Origin: an uncultured Planctomycetia bacterium
Lineage (GTDB): Bacteria; Omnitrophota; Gorgyraeia; 1-14-0-20-64-10
DNA: 64,000 nucleotides
NCBI GenBank assembly: GCA_964597545.1
Contig: CAZQXN010000001.1
Coordinates: 69,655-133,654 of the forward strand
Direction: 5' to 3'
Notes under the pieces: model-generated
What the model saw: the letters and a program-made list of their open reading frames with translations, nothing else
Databases searched by the model: none
Told to the model about the DNA's origin: nothing
Made by a program: the position numbers and the translations under genes
In this document: positions 27,478-35,995 of the stretch, piece after piece
How the letters are laid out: every line of letters starts with the position of its first letter
Position numbering within the stretch: the stretch's first letter is position 1

Positions 27478-28577
27478 CCCAAGAGGCGCAGCAATACGCA
27501 AAGCGCAAGCGGCAACTGTGGCTTGCAGAGTTAGGGGTAACCTTTGCCCTGTTGGCGGGCCTCATGGTAAGCGGCTGGGCCCAAACCTTTGGGCAGTGGG
27601 TCAGCATCCGCGTCCAAGGCTGGCCGCTCCAGACCGCTGTCTATGTCGGTGTGCTCTGGGGCGGGCTAACGCTTGTCGGTTTCCCGCTGGACTGGATCCG
27701 AGGTTTTTGGCTGGAACACCGCTTCGGCCTTTCCAACCAGCGAGGGGGGCAGTGGGCAATCGAGTATGGCAAGGCATTGGCAGTCGGGGCGATACTGGGT
27801 TTGATTCTGGTGGAAGGGTTGGCGGGTCTGCTGCGGACTTTCCCGGAGCGCTGGTGGTTGTGGGCGGCGTTCGCCTGGCTCGGGTGGTCGGTTGTGCTGG
27901 CGCGCGTAGCCCCCACACTGCTCATTCCGATCTTCTACCGACAGCGGCCCCTCAGCAATGAAGCCCTCAAAGCGCGGTTGGAGAAATTTCTTGAGCGCTG
28001 CAGCATGCCGGTCAAGGGGATCTTTGAGCTGAACTTAAGCCGCACGACCAAGAAGGCCAATGCATGTCTGACCGGCATGGGCAAGACGCGGCGGGTACTG
28101 GTGAGTGACACCTTGGCTTCAAAATACCCAGCAGAAGAGGTCGAAGTGGTCTTAGCGCACGAGGTGGGGCACCACCGCCTGCATCACATGGGGATCTTGA
28201 TTGGGGTCAGCACCGTTGCCACCGCGGTAAGCTGCTTTGCGGTCCATCATCTGCTGCAGGCTACCCTGGCGCGATTGGGCATATTGAGCATGAGCGATTT
28301 AGCGGTCCTGCCGCTGGTGGGACTGTATCTGTTGGCAGCGAGTTTGATCCTCATGCCGATCACCAACGGCCTCTCCAGGCGGCTGGAGGCCCGGGCAGAC
28401 CGCTTTGCGCTTGAGCAAACTAGAAATCCCGGCGCTTTCATTGCAACCATGAAACGCTTGGGCGAACAGAACTTGGCCGAGACCACGCCGCCGCGCTGGG
28501 TGGAGTGGCTGCTCTATGACCACCCGGCCATTGCTAGGCGGATCCATATGGCTCAAGCTTTCGAGAGGGCAGCGTGA
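27474..28577 (+). CDS. M48 family (Ste24-like) membrane endopeptidase
   Basis: Multi-TM N-terminus, KANA, RRVLVSDTL, HEVGH, EARAD, YDHP. Confidence 0.92.
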   Translation: MTQEAQQYAKRKRQLWLAELGVTFALLAGLMVSGWAQTFGQWVSIRVQGWPLQTAVYVGVLWGGLTLVGFPLDWIRGFWLEHRFGLSNQRGGQWAIEYGKALAVGAILGLILVEGLAGLLRTFPERWWLWAAFAWLGWSVVLARVAPTLLIPIFYRQRPLSNEALKARLEKFLERCSMPVKGIFELNLSRTTKKANACLTGMGKTRRVLVSDTLASKYPAEEVEVVLAHEVGHHRLHHMGILIGVSTVATAVSCFAVHHLLQATLARLGILSMSDLAVLPLVGLYLLAASLILMPITNGLSRRLEARADRFALEQTRNPGAFIATMKRLGEQNLAETTPPRWVEWLLYDHPAIARRIHMAQAFERAA

Positions 28578-28921
28578 TGGCAGGGTGCATTTTTTGCAAG
28601 ATCGCCTCCAAGGAGATTCCGGCAAAGATCGCCTACGAGGACGACGGCGTGGTGGCCTTTCATGACATCAACCCCCAGGCGCCGGTCCACATCCAGATCA
28701 TTCCCAAAGAACACATTGAACGGGTGTCGAATTTGACAGAGAAAACGGTGCCGGTGATGGATAAGTTGATCTTGGTTGCCAATCAGTTGGCCCGGCAGAT
28801 GCAGGTGGCCGAACCCGGATACCGGATGGTCATCAACTGCAATCCAGGGGCCGGCCAATCGGTCTACCACTTGCATCTGCATCTTTTGGGCGGGCGACCC
28901 ATGCAGTGGCCGCCAGGGTAA
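28577..28921 (+). CDS. Histidine triad (HIT) nucleotide-binding protein
   Basis: CIFCKI, FHDINPQAPVH, GQSVYHLHLHLLGGR. Confidence 0.95.
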   Translation: MAGCIFCKIASKEIPAKIAYEDDGVVAFHDINPQAPVHIQIIPKEHIERVSNLTEKTVPVMDKLILVANQLARQMQVAEPGYRMVINCNPGAGQSVYHLHLHLLGGRPMQWPPG

Positions 28922-29158
28922 AGCGATGAGGCAAGGAATGTTCAAGCAAATCAAGGTAATGCACATTTCGGTTTCGCAGTCGTGCGCGGCCAAGCAAGCC
29001 GCCTCATCGCTTTTCAGGGGGGAAACGCCCTCTGGTGGTTTCCCCCCTGGGATTCCCCCTTCCCAGGCCCGCTTTCAGCGGGAAGGTCTTGCAGGGGGCG
29101 ATTTCCCATCTCCCCCTGCATGCCCCTCTTCCGAAGGAAGGAGGCAACGCGGATAACC

Positions 29159-30319
29159 ATGAGTCAACCGTATGACGTGGTGGTGATCGGAGCAGGGCCG
29201 GCAGGGAGTGTCTGCAGTTATCTTACTGCCAAAGCGGGCCTGAAGACCCTGGTCCTTGAGGAGCACGCAGGAGCCGGGATGTTTGTCAATTGTACCGGCA
29301 TCATCGGGATGGAGGCCTTTAGGCACCTCAATCTCCCCACCACGCCGATCTTGGGCTCCCTCCAGCGCATCACCTTCTTCTCTCCCTCGGGCACCTCATT
29401 CCAGTACGATCCGGGCCAACCCCTGGCCCATGTGGTCAGCCGCCGCCAGTTCGATCAAGCGTTGGTGGAGTTGGCTGAATCTCAAGGTGCGCGCTTTAGG
29501 TACGGCTACCACGCGCGCTTAATCCGCGCAGATTCCGACGGGGTGGAGATACGACAGCAGGAAGAGGATGCAGAGCCCGTGACAGCACAGATGGCAGTTA
29601 TCGCCGCCGGGTTTGGCTCGAATCTCACAGCCCAAGTGGGCTTGGCCGCCCCCCGCCAAATCGTCTATGGGGCACAGGTCGAGGTGGAGATGGAGGGCTT
29701 AAGTGACGTTGAGATTTACTTAGGACGCAAGGTGGCTCCCGAGGCCTTTGCCTGGGCGGTACCCACAGAGGCGGGAAAGGCCCGGGTGGGACTCATTACC
29801 TCCAAGGAGGCCCCGCGCTATTTGAAGAACTTACTTCATCACCCCGCCATCCGAGAGCGCATCCGGACCCAGGAACCTAAGATGCTCTTAAGCCCCATCC
29901 CGGTGGAACCCATTGAGCAAAGCTACGCCGAGCGGGTCTTGGTGGTGGGGGAGGCGGCAGGCCAAGTTAAAACCACCACCCAAGGGGGAATCTACTACGG
30001 GATGCTGTGTGCGGCCATGGCCGCAGAAACCGCTGAGGAGGCGCTGCGCAGGAAGGATTTCCGGGAAGTGATCCTGCGCGGCTACCAAACTGCCTGGACG
30101 CGGTCCATCGGGGAGGAGCTTAAGATGGGCTCGGCCTTGCGTCAGCTTTTCGCGCGCCTCAGCGACGAACAGGTCGACGCCTTTGTAGAGCTGGGAACGC
30201 GCAAGGATGTCTTAGGATTGGTCAAGCGCCTGGCGCAATTCGACTGGCACCGGGAGCTGATTCAGACTTCACTTAAACTTCCGGCGCTTCGAGAAGTGGT
30301 TCGAGGAGGGCTTTGGTAA
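29159..30319 (+). CDS. Geranylgeranyl reductase family FAD-dependent oxidoreductase
   Basis: YDVVVIGAGPAG, CTG, RRQFD, FAWAVP, VGEAAGQVKTTTQGGIYY. Confidence 0.88.
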   Translation: MSQPYDVVVIGAGPAGSVCSYLTAKAGLKTLVLEEHAGAGMFVNCTGIIGMEAFRHLNLPTTPILGSLQRITFFSPSGTSFQYDPGQPLAHVVSRRQFDQALVELAESQGARFRYGYHARLIRADSDGVEIRQQEEDAEPVTAQMAVIAAGFGSNLTAQVGLAAPRQIVYGAQVEVEMEGLSDVEIYLGRKVAPEAFAWAVPTEAGKARVGLITSKEAPRYLKNLLHHPAIRERIRTQEPKMLLSPIPVEPIEQSYAERVLVVGEAAGQVKTTTQGGIYYGMLCAAMAAETAEEALRRKDFREVILRGYQTAWTRSIGEELKMGSALRQLFARLSDEQVDAFVELGTRKDVLGLVKRLAQFDWHRELIQTSLKLPALREVVRGGLW

Positions 30320-30321
30320 TC

Positions 30322-30732
30322 ATGTTTCGTCATCGATTTGGGCAGCGCTACAAGTACCAGAATACGCGCCAGTATTTGAGGCTGCCGATCTCATGGCCGG
30401 TCAAGTGCGAACCCAAGCAAGCCGAGGAGGGTCGGCACGTCACCGCCACGCAGGATGTCAGCGCCGGGGGTATGCGCATGATTGTCCGGGAGGAGGTTCC
30501 GGTCGATTCCGAGGTCGTCCTGGAGATTCATGTGCCGCCGCTGGAGCGCTCCATCCAAGCCGTGGGCCGTGTGCTGCGCTGCCAACCGAGCCGCAGGGGT
30601 TTTGAGCTGGGGGTGCGCTTTGAGAAGATCGACCCGAGAGATCAGGTAGCGCTCAATGAAGCGGTGGAGCAATTTTACAGTCCCCGCAAACGGGTTCGCC
30701 ACCAACAGTCGTGGTGGCGAAAGATCACTTAA
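30322..30732 (+). CDS. PilZ domain protein
   Basis: RQYLR and DVSAGG motifs, GVRF. Confidence 0.88.
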   Translation: MFRHRFGQRYKYQNTRQYLRLPISWPVKCEPKQAEEGRHVTATQDVSAGGMRMIVREEVPVDSEVVLEIHVPPLERSIQAVGRVLRCQPSRRGFELGVRFEKIDPRDQVALNEAVEQFYSPRKRVRHQQSWWRKIT

Positions 30733-30752
30733 GGGGGTGTGTTAAGTCCGGG

Positions 30753-32258
30753 ATGAAGCGGCTGCTCAGGGCGGGGTTGGTGTTGGGCATGATACTCGCA
30801 GGCAGCCAGTTTTCGCCGGCAGAGGCAAGATCGGTGTTGACGTTGGACGAGATTGTAGCCATGGAGAAACGAATCCGTATGGCAGCAGCGCTCGAGGAAA
30901 AAAGGGCTCGAACCGAAGCTGAGGCCTGGGCCAAAGCAGATGCTGAGGCGGAGGCGCTCGTGCAGACCGAGGCTGAACCGGAGCCGCCGCCAGAGGTCGA
31001 ACCGGCCCAGAGGCCCGCAGTGCCTGAAGCAGAAGCGGCTCAGCTTGCAACCGAGGAGGAGCATTTGCAGCCAGAGATCCCCCCTAATCTCCTTGCTGGA
31101 GGCGAGACGGCTGAGTCGGATGAGGCCATAGGAGAAGAATCGGGCCTGGAGGAAAAACTTGGAGGCGGCGGGCTGTGGCGATACCTCAAGGAGCGGACCA
31201 AATGGGGTGTGGGCTATGACATGACCTACACCGATAACCTGCTCTTAGAGGACAACGACAAGCAGGAGGAGCTGACCAGCGTGTTGGAAAGTCAGATGTT
31301 TTTTCTAGATACTGTGGGATCTCTGGTCTACGGCACCACCTATGAGGTCAACGCCTACCGCTACCACTGCAGCGACGCCAACAGTATCGACCATGATCTA
31401 TCGGCCTTTGTGGATCTTGCGCCTTCGGCACCCTACTCCATGGGGGTGAACTACCACCTGGATGTCACCAACAGCCTAGTGACCACAACCGATGAGATCG
31501 ACATCTTCTTAAGAAGTACGGACTTTCAGCGGCAAGTGACGCACACAGGAACTGGGGAATTTTCTTACTTCATCAACAACTTAGACACTCTGGACTTGAG
31601 CATGGCGTATAAGGTTGTCGACAGCCAGAGGCAGCCGGATGCCGGCCGAGACAAGAATACGCTTACGGCAACCGCGGACCTCTCCCATGAGTTTAGACCC
31701 GGCTGGTTTGTGAGTGGCGGTTATGCATTCACCAAGAAGAGGATCCCCGACGACGAAGATAAAAACTCAGTAAAGCACTTGGGGACTTTGGGCTTGCGCT
31801 ATGACTTGACCGAAGAGGCGAAGCTGAATCTCAGGCTCCAAGTAGGCAAGATCACCTTCAATGAGCTCGGGGAAAAGAGCATCCTCAGCTTTGACGGCGC
31901 AGTGAAATATCCCATCCGGCTCAGGCCCCGCCTCACGATTAATCTGGGATATCGAGACACAGAATCTTCTTCCGAGGCGGTTGGAACTACCACTGTCCGC
32001 GCCCGGAGGTCCTCCATCGGCCTGGAGTATGCGGTGACATCGCTCATCACCTTTGAATCGAAGGCCGCCTACATCAAAAACCGGTCTACCTCTTCCGCCG
32101 GTCTGACTACATTTGGCCGAAGTTATACAGTTAACAGCGGCTTTGCCTGGAACCTGCGAGAAAACGCAAAGCTTCTATTGGGCCACACACACGCGCGGTC
32201 GAAAAGCGGCGATTATACGAGCAACGTTGTGGCACTCGAATTTGAGATGGAGATCTAG
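30753..32258 (+). CDS. Outer-membrane beta-barrel protein associated with polysaccharide export
   Basis: Signal peptide, acidic linker, YTDNL start of alternating beta-strands, terminal LEFEMEI; directly upstream of OPX gene. Confidence 0.75.
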   Translation: MKRLLRAGLVLGMILAGSQFSPAEARSVLTLDEIVAMEKRIRMAAALEEKRARTEAEAWAKADAEAEALVQTEAEPEPPPEVEPAQRPAVPEAEAAQLATEEEHLQPEIPPNLLAGGETAESDEAIGEESGLEEKLGGGGLWRYLKERTKWGVGYDMTYTDNLLLEDNDKQEELTSVLESQMFFLDTVGSLVYGTTYEVNAYRYHCSDANSIDHDLSAFVDLAPSAPYSMGVNYHLDVTNSLVTTTDEIDIFLRSTDFQRQVTHTGTGEFSYFINNLDTLDLSMAYKVVDSQRQPDAGRDKNTLTATADLSHEFRPGWFVSGGYAFTKKRIPDDEDKNSVKHLGTLGLRYDLTEEAKLNLRLQVGKITFNELGEKSILSFDGAVKYPIRLRPRLTINLGYRDTESSSEAVGTTTVRARRSSIGLEYAVTSLITFESKAAYIKNRSTSSAGLTTFGRSYTVNSGFAWNLRENAKLLLGHTHARSKSGDYTSNVVALEFEMEI

Positions 32259-32259
32259 C

Positions 32260-33411
32260 GTGCTTCAAAAATCTTGGATTACACCATGGGTTTGGGTCGG
32301 CATGATAAGTCTTCTGGCGGGCTGCAGTCGTTTTAACATCTTCGCCTCCAAAGGGATCATTTCGGCACAAGAGGCTAAGAATGTTGTCTATCGGCTTAAA
32401 GGCGGTGATGAGCTGGAGATCACGGTCTGGGGCCATGATCATTTAAACCGCAAGGCTGAAGTTCGCGAGAAAGGGACAATCCCCTTTCCCATGATCGGAG
32501 AAATTCAGGCCGCCGGAAAGAGCCTCAGGGAGGTCGAGACGGCAATCCAGGAGAAGCTGGACCACGCCTTCAAGGAGGATGCTTTCCGTCAGCAGGAGGC
32601 CCTGGATTTGCCTAAGCGAATCATCTCTGCCAGCGAGATCCCAAGCTCCATCTATCGCCTCCGGCGTGGGGACGAGTTGACTGTTTCCGTTTGGAACCAC
32701 AACGACCTGAACCAAAGAGGTCAAATCCGGGAGGATAGAACCTTTTCCTTCCCCCTCATTGGGGACGTGCAGACAGCGGGGCTTTCTCTCCGGGGCCTGG
32801 AAACAGAAATTCGTAAGCGTCTCAATAAAGATTACATCGTCAATCCTCAGGTCAACGCGCGGCTGGTGAATGCGAAGTTCACCATCCTGGGTCAGGTTGG
32901 GCGTCCCGGCTCCTTCCAAACAGACGGAATGGTGGACCTGCTGTCAGCCTTGAGCAGCTCGGGGGGCGTGGATCTACAGCGTTCCAGCCAGGTGGATATC
33001 ATCCGCCAAATCGGAGAGGAGAAGGTGATCATTCGCGTCCACCCGAACTTGGTGCTCCAAGGAAAGGAGCCCCGGATTGACCTCTGGCCGCATGACGTTC
33101 TGTACGTTCAAATGATCTCTGATGAGGGATTCCAGGTAAAGGTGCAGCTTTTGGGAGCCAAGTATACCGTGATCGGCGAGGTAAACCGTCCGGGTTCGTA
33201 CGACATGGAGGAGCGGCTGGATCTTTTGACCGCGGTCAGCAAGGCCGGCGGCATCAACAAGTTCGGATCAAGCAACCTTGAAATCATCCGGGGAGAAGGA
33301 GAGGGGCGTGCAGTCATTCGTGTGGATTTAAACCGTGTCATTGAGGGGCTGGACCCCAATATTGCGATCCAGCCGGATGACACCATCTACGTGAGGCGGC
33401 GCTTGATCTGA
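32260..33411 (+). CDS. wza: Polysaccharide export (OPX/Wza-like) lipoprotein
   Basis: LAGC lipobox; two YRLxxGDxLxxxVW Poly_export motifs; two GxVxRPG SLBB domains. Confidence 0.88.
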   Translation: MLQKSWITPWVWVGMISLLAGCSRFNIFASKGIISAQEAKNVVYRLKGGDELEITVWGHDHLNRKAEVREKGTIPFPMIGEIQAAGKSLREVETAIQEKLDHAFKEDAFRQQEALDLPKRIISASEIPSSIYRLRRGDELTVSVWNHNDLNQRGQIREDRTFSFPLIGDVQTAGLSLRGLETEIRKRLNKDYIVNPQVNARLVNAKFTILGQVGRPGSFQTDGMVDLLSALSSSGGVDLQRSSQVDIIRQIGEEKVIIRVHPNLVLQGKEPRIDLWPHDVLYVQMISDEGFQVKVQLLGAKYTVIGEVNRPGSYDMEERLDLLTAVSKAGGINKFGSSNLEIIRGEGEGRAVIRVDLNRVIEGLDPNIAIQPDDTIYVRRRLI

Positions 33412-35267
33412 TGGCAAGCTTGAGGCGCTGGCTCGTCCTGCTGCGCATTCCCATCGTCCTGGTGGGGGTGGGGATCTTTTTTGCCTGCTACAACCGCTAT
33501 CTCCTGGATACCAACCTCCAAAACTTAAAGACCTCATTGTCTATCTTGGATGCGGCCACTGGTGTCGGGCAGGCCGAGGCAGCGCTTCTGCTGCTGGACC
33601 AAACCCTGGTCACACAGATGGCTCAAGAGAAGTTGGATTTAAAGAAAGTCGCCACCCTTCAATACGTGCAGGGAACGCTGGCCTCTGGGAGTCGCATGCG
33701 GTCTGTCGCGGATACGCAAACCATGGTGGCCACCTTGGCTGAGGATAGGGCGGTAGCGCGCCCGGGATTTCTTAAAACCTTGGACGGTGTAGCCACCGGA
33801 GTGCGAGAGACCTTCCGGCGGGCTCAGCTTCTGCCTCGCCGCTTTCTTGGGAAGGCAACCTCACGCAGGATCGATCAGGGTCTGCTGCAGGAGGCCATCC
33901 GTTCGGAACGGTTGGGTCTTTTGGCTAAGTCTGCTCAGATTTACGAAACCCTCTTAGAGGAATCTCCGAACTACATGGGCCGCGCAACCTTGAAGCTTCG
34001 ACTGGGATTCCTCTATCAACGCCTTCAGGACTGGCGCCGGGCAGAACGCCTCTTTCAGGAGGTGCTCGGTGAAACCAGCGATTCCAAGCAGCTGGAGGTG
34101 GCGCGCCAGATGCTTCAGTACCTTGGAACAATGCGCGGTAAGGTAGATGAGGCAAAAGTGCTGCAGGGCCGCCTAGAAACCCTGGGAGCCGGCCGACAGC
34201 GCCAACTGGCTGCGTATGAGCTGGGCTCCCTGCAGATCGAGCTGTATGCTTTTGAGGAAGCGGCCAAGGTCTTTCGCGAGGCTTACCGGGCCAATCCGGA
34301 TGGGAAGCTCGCACTGCCTTCTCTCTTCAAAGAGGGGTGGTGCCTGAGGAATGTGGGGCGATTTGACGATGCCTTTGACCGGTTCAAAGAAATCATTGAC
34401 CAGGAGCCCCAGAGCGGCTGGGCGGCATCGGCCTACCACCAGATGGCCGAAGCTTATAAATCGACCGGAGACTACGAGGCGGCAACCAAGGCGTACGAAA
34501 AGATCCTGGATGAAACCCGGGATTACGCGTTTGTGGCGATGGTGCACGCGCAAGCAGGCTCAACCCTCCGATACGATTTGAACAAACCGGAGCGAGCTCA
34601 GATCCATTTTGGTGAGCTGGCAAAATCCTTCCCGGCCAGCCAATTCGTCGGAATAGAGCGGTCCATCGACCGGCTTGAGCGTGCCAAGGGGATTCCGGTG
34701 GTCCCGGCAGTACCCGGTGCCGCACCTGAAGTCAGTCCTGCGGCCCCCCAGCCCAAGCCCTCTTTGCTACAGTTAGGGGTTCAGCAGTTGGCGGAGGGGA
34801 CGCCGCTGATGAACTGGTTGGAGAATTTCATTCCGGTTTTCGTAGAAGTCTTTACCAATCGCCTGGTCCGCTACATGCAGATTGCGGGGGTCAAGGAGTT
34901 GACCCGGCGATTCAGCGAAGATGAGTTTAACAAGCTGGTCGTCCGACGCGTGAGGGAGCGCTTCCCCGGCCAGGTCAAAGACGTCAAAATGCAGATTCGG
35001 GAGAACGGCTATATCGGCACAGGAACGGTGAAGCTCGGAATTCTCACCTTCCCTGTCAAGGCACGTATTGGTATTAACGTCATCGATGAACGGGCCCATG
35101 CCGTTGTTCATGAGATCCACGTCGGCAAGCTCGCAGTTCCCGAACCCTTGAGAAAGGTTCTGGAGGCCCGGGTGAACCTTGCCATTGTGAAGGCCAAATA
35201 TCCTTTGCGCATCAAGGCGTATGAACTGGAGGATGGTTATGCCTTTATCTCCGTCGAGATGGATTGA
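33411..35267 (+). CDS. Membrane-anchored tetratricopeptide repeat protein
   Basis: N-terminal TM; repeated LG.LY...A...F...P helical pairs; beta-rich C-terminal domain. Confidence 0.8.
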   Translation: MASLRRWLVLLRIPIVLVGVGIFFACYNRYLLDTNLQNLKTSLSILDAATGVGQAEAALLLLDQTLVTQMAQEKLDLKKVATLQYVQGTLASGSRMRSVADTQTMVATLAEDRAVARPGFLKTLDGVATGVRETFRRAQLLPRRFLGKATSRRIDQGLLQEAIRSERLGLLAKSAQIYETLLEESPNYMGRATLKLRLGFLYQRLQDWRRAERLFQEVLGETSDSKQLEVARQMLQYLGTMRGKVDEAKVLQGRLETLGAGRQRQLAAYELGSLQIELYAFEEAAKVFREAYRANPDGKLALPSLFKEGWCLRNVGRFDDAFDRFKEIIDQEPQSGWAASAYHQMAEAYKSTGDYEAATKAYEKILDETRDYAFVAMVHAQAGSTLRYDLNKPERAQIHFGELAKSFPASQFVGIERSIDRLERAKGIPVVPAVPGAAPEVSPAAPQPKPSLLQLGVQQLAEGTPLMNWLENFIPVFVEVFTNRLVRYMQIAGVKELTRRFSEDEFNKLVVRRVRERFPGQVKDVKMQIRENGYIGTGTVKLGILTFPVKARIGINVIDERAHAVVHEIHVGKLAVPEPLRKVLEARVNLAIVKAKYPLRIKAYELEDGYAFISVEMD

Positions 35268-35278
35268 CGGATGTCTGC

Positions 35279-35403
35279 GTCATTCCCGCCCTCGATCGGG
35301 GTCGAGGACATGCTCCAGCGGGAATCTGGTCCTCGCTTTCGCGAGGAGAGGATCTGACGTCGTCCTCGAATCGATCGAGGATCCCCGCTTCCGCGGGGAT
35401 GAC
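35279..35403. repeat. GTCATTCCCGC-type palindromic repeat (REP/RPE-like)
   Basis: Terminal inverted repeats gtcattcccgc / gcggggatgac with internal gcgggaatc and atccccgcttccgcggggat hairpins. Confidence 0.8.
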
Positions 35404-35414
35404 AGGGGGGTGCG

Positions 35415-35993
35415 GTGAGCGACTGGTATCGCCGGTGGGGCAAACGGGTGCTGGACATTGGGCTTTCCTTGTTTGGGCTGGTCCTTTTCGCCTGGCCCAT
35501 GGCAGGTATTGCCTGTGTGATCTTCTGTCAGGCAGGCAAACCGGTTTTGTTTCATCAGGCGCGAATCGGGCTTCGGGGAAAACGCTTCGGGATTGTGAAG
35601 TTTCGAACCATGCGGGAGGATGATCGAGTTTTCTCTGCTTTTGCCCATTCGCTGCGCATAACAGCCATGGATGAGCTGCCGCAGCTGGTCCACATTTTGA
35701 AGGGGCAAATGAGCTTTGTGGGGCCGCGCCCTTTGGTGCCGGATGACTTAGTTGAGGTTCACCGGATGTCCGAAGGTCCCAAGCGGTTTTCTATGCGGCC
35801 GGGCTTAACGGGCCTGGCGCAGATTAACGCCGTCAAAGCGCCCTCTTTGGAGGAGCGGCTCAAGTGGGATCTGGCATACGCGAACCAGTGCTCTCTTTGG
35901 CTGGACATGCGCACCATATTGAAGTCGGTGTGGGTGACTCTGCGCGGTGCCTGGGAAGATGACTCTTCCGCGCAACTTCCGGGACAAGGATAG
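35415..35993 (+). CDS. Priming sugar transferase (Bac_transf family)
   Basis: KRVLD, KFRTM, DELPQL..ILKGQMSFVGPRP, PGLTGLAQI, WLD. Confidence 0.93.
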   Translation: MSDWYRRWGKRVLDIGLSLFGLVLFAWPMAGIACVIFCQAGKPVLFHQARIGLRGKRFGIVKFRTMREDDRVFSAFAHSLRITAMDELPQLVHILKGQMSFVGPRPLVPDDLVEVHRMSEGPKRFSMRPGLTGLAQINAVKAPSLEERLKWDLAYANQCSLWLDMRTILKSVWVTLRGAWEDDSSAQLPGQG

Positions 35994-35995
35994 AG

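Noticed and set aside
31140-31154. SGLEE peptide in the beta-barrel protein's acidic linker
   Set aside because: The DNA differs from the core at two positions and the context is Glu-rich, so chance is plausible; it would matter only if the linker proves to be a protease site.
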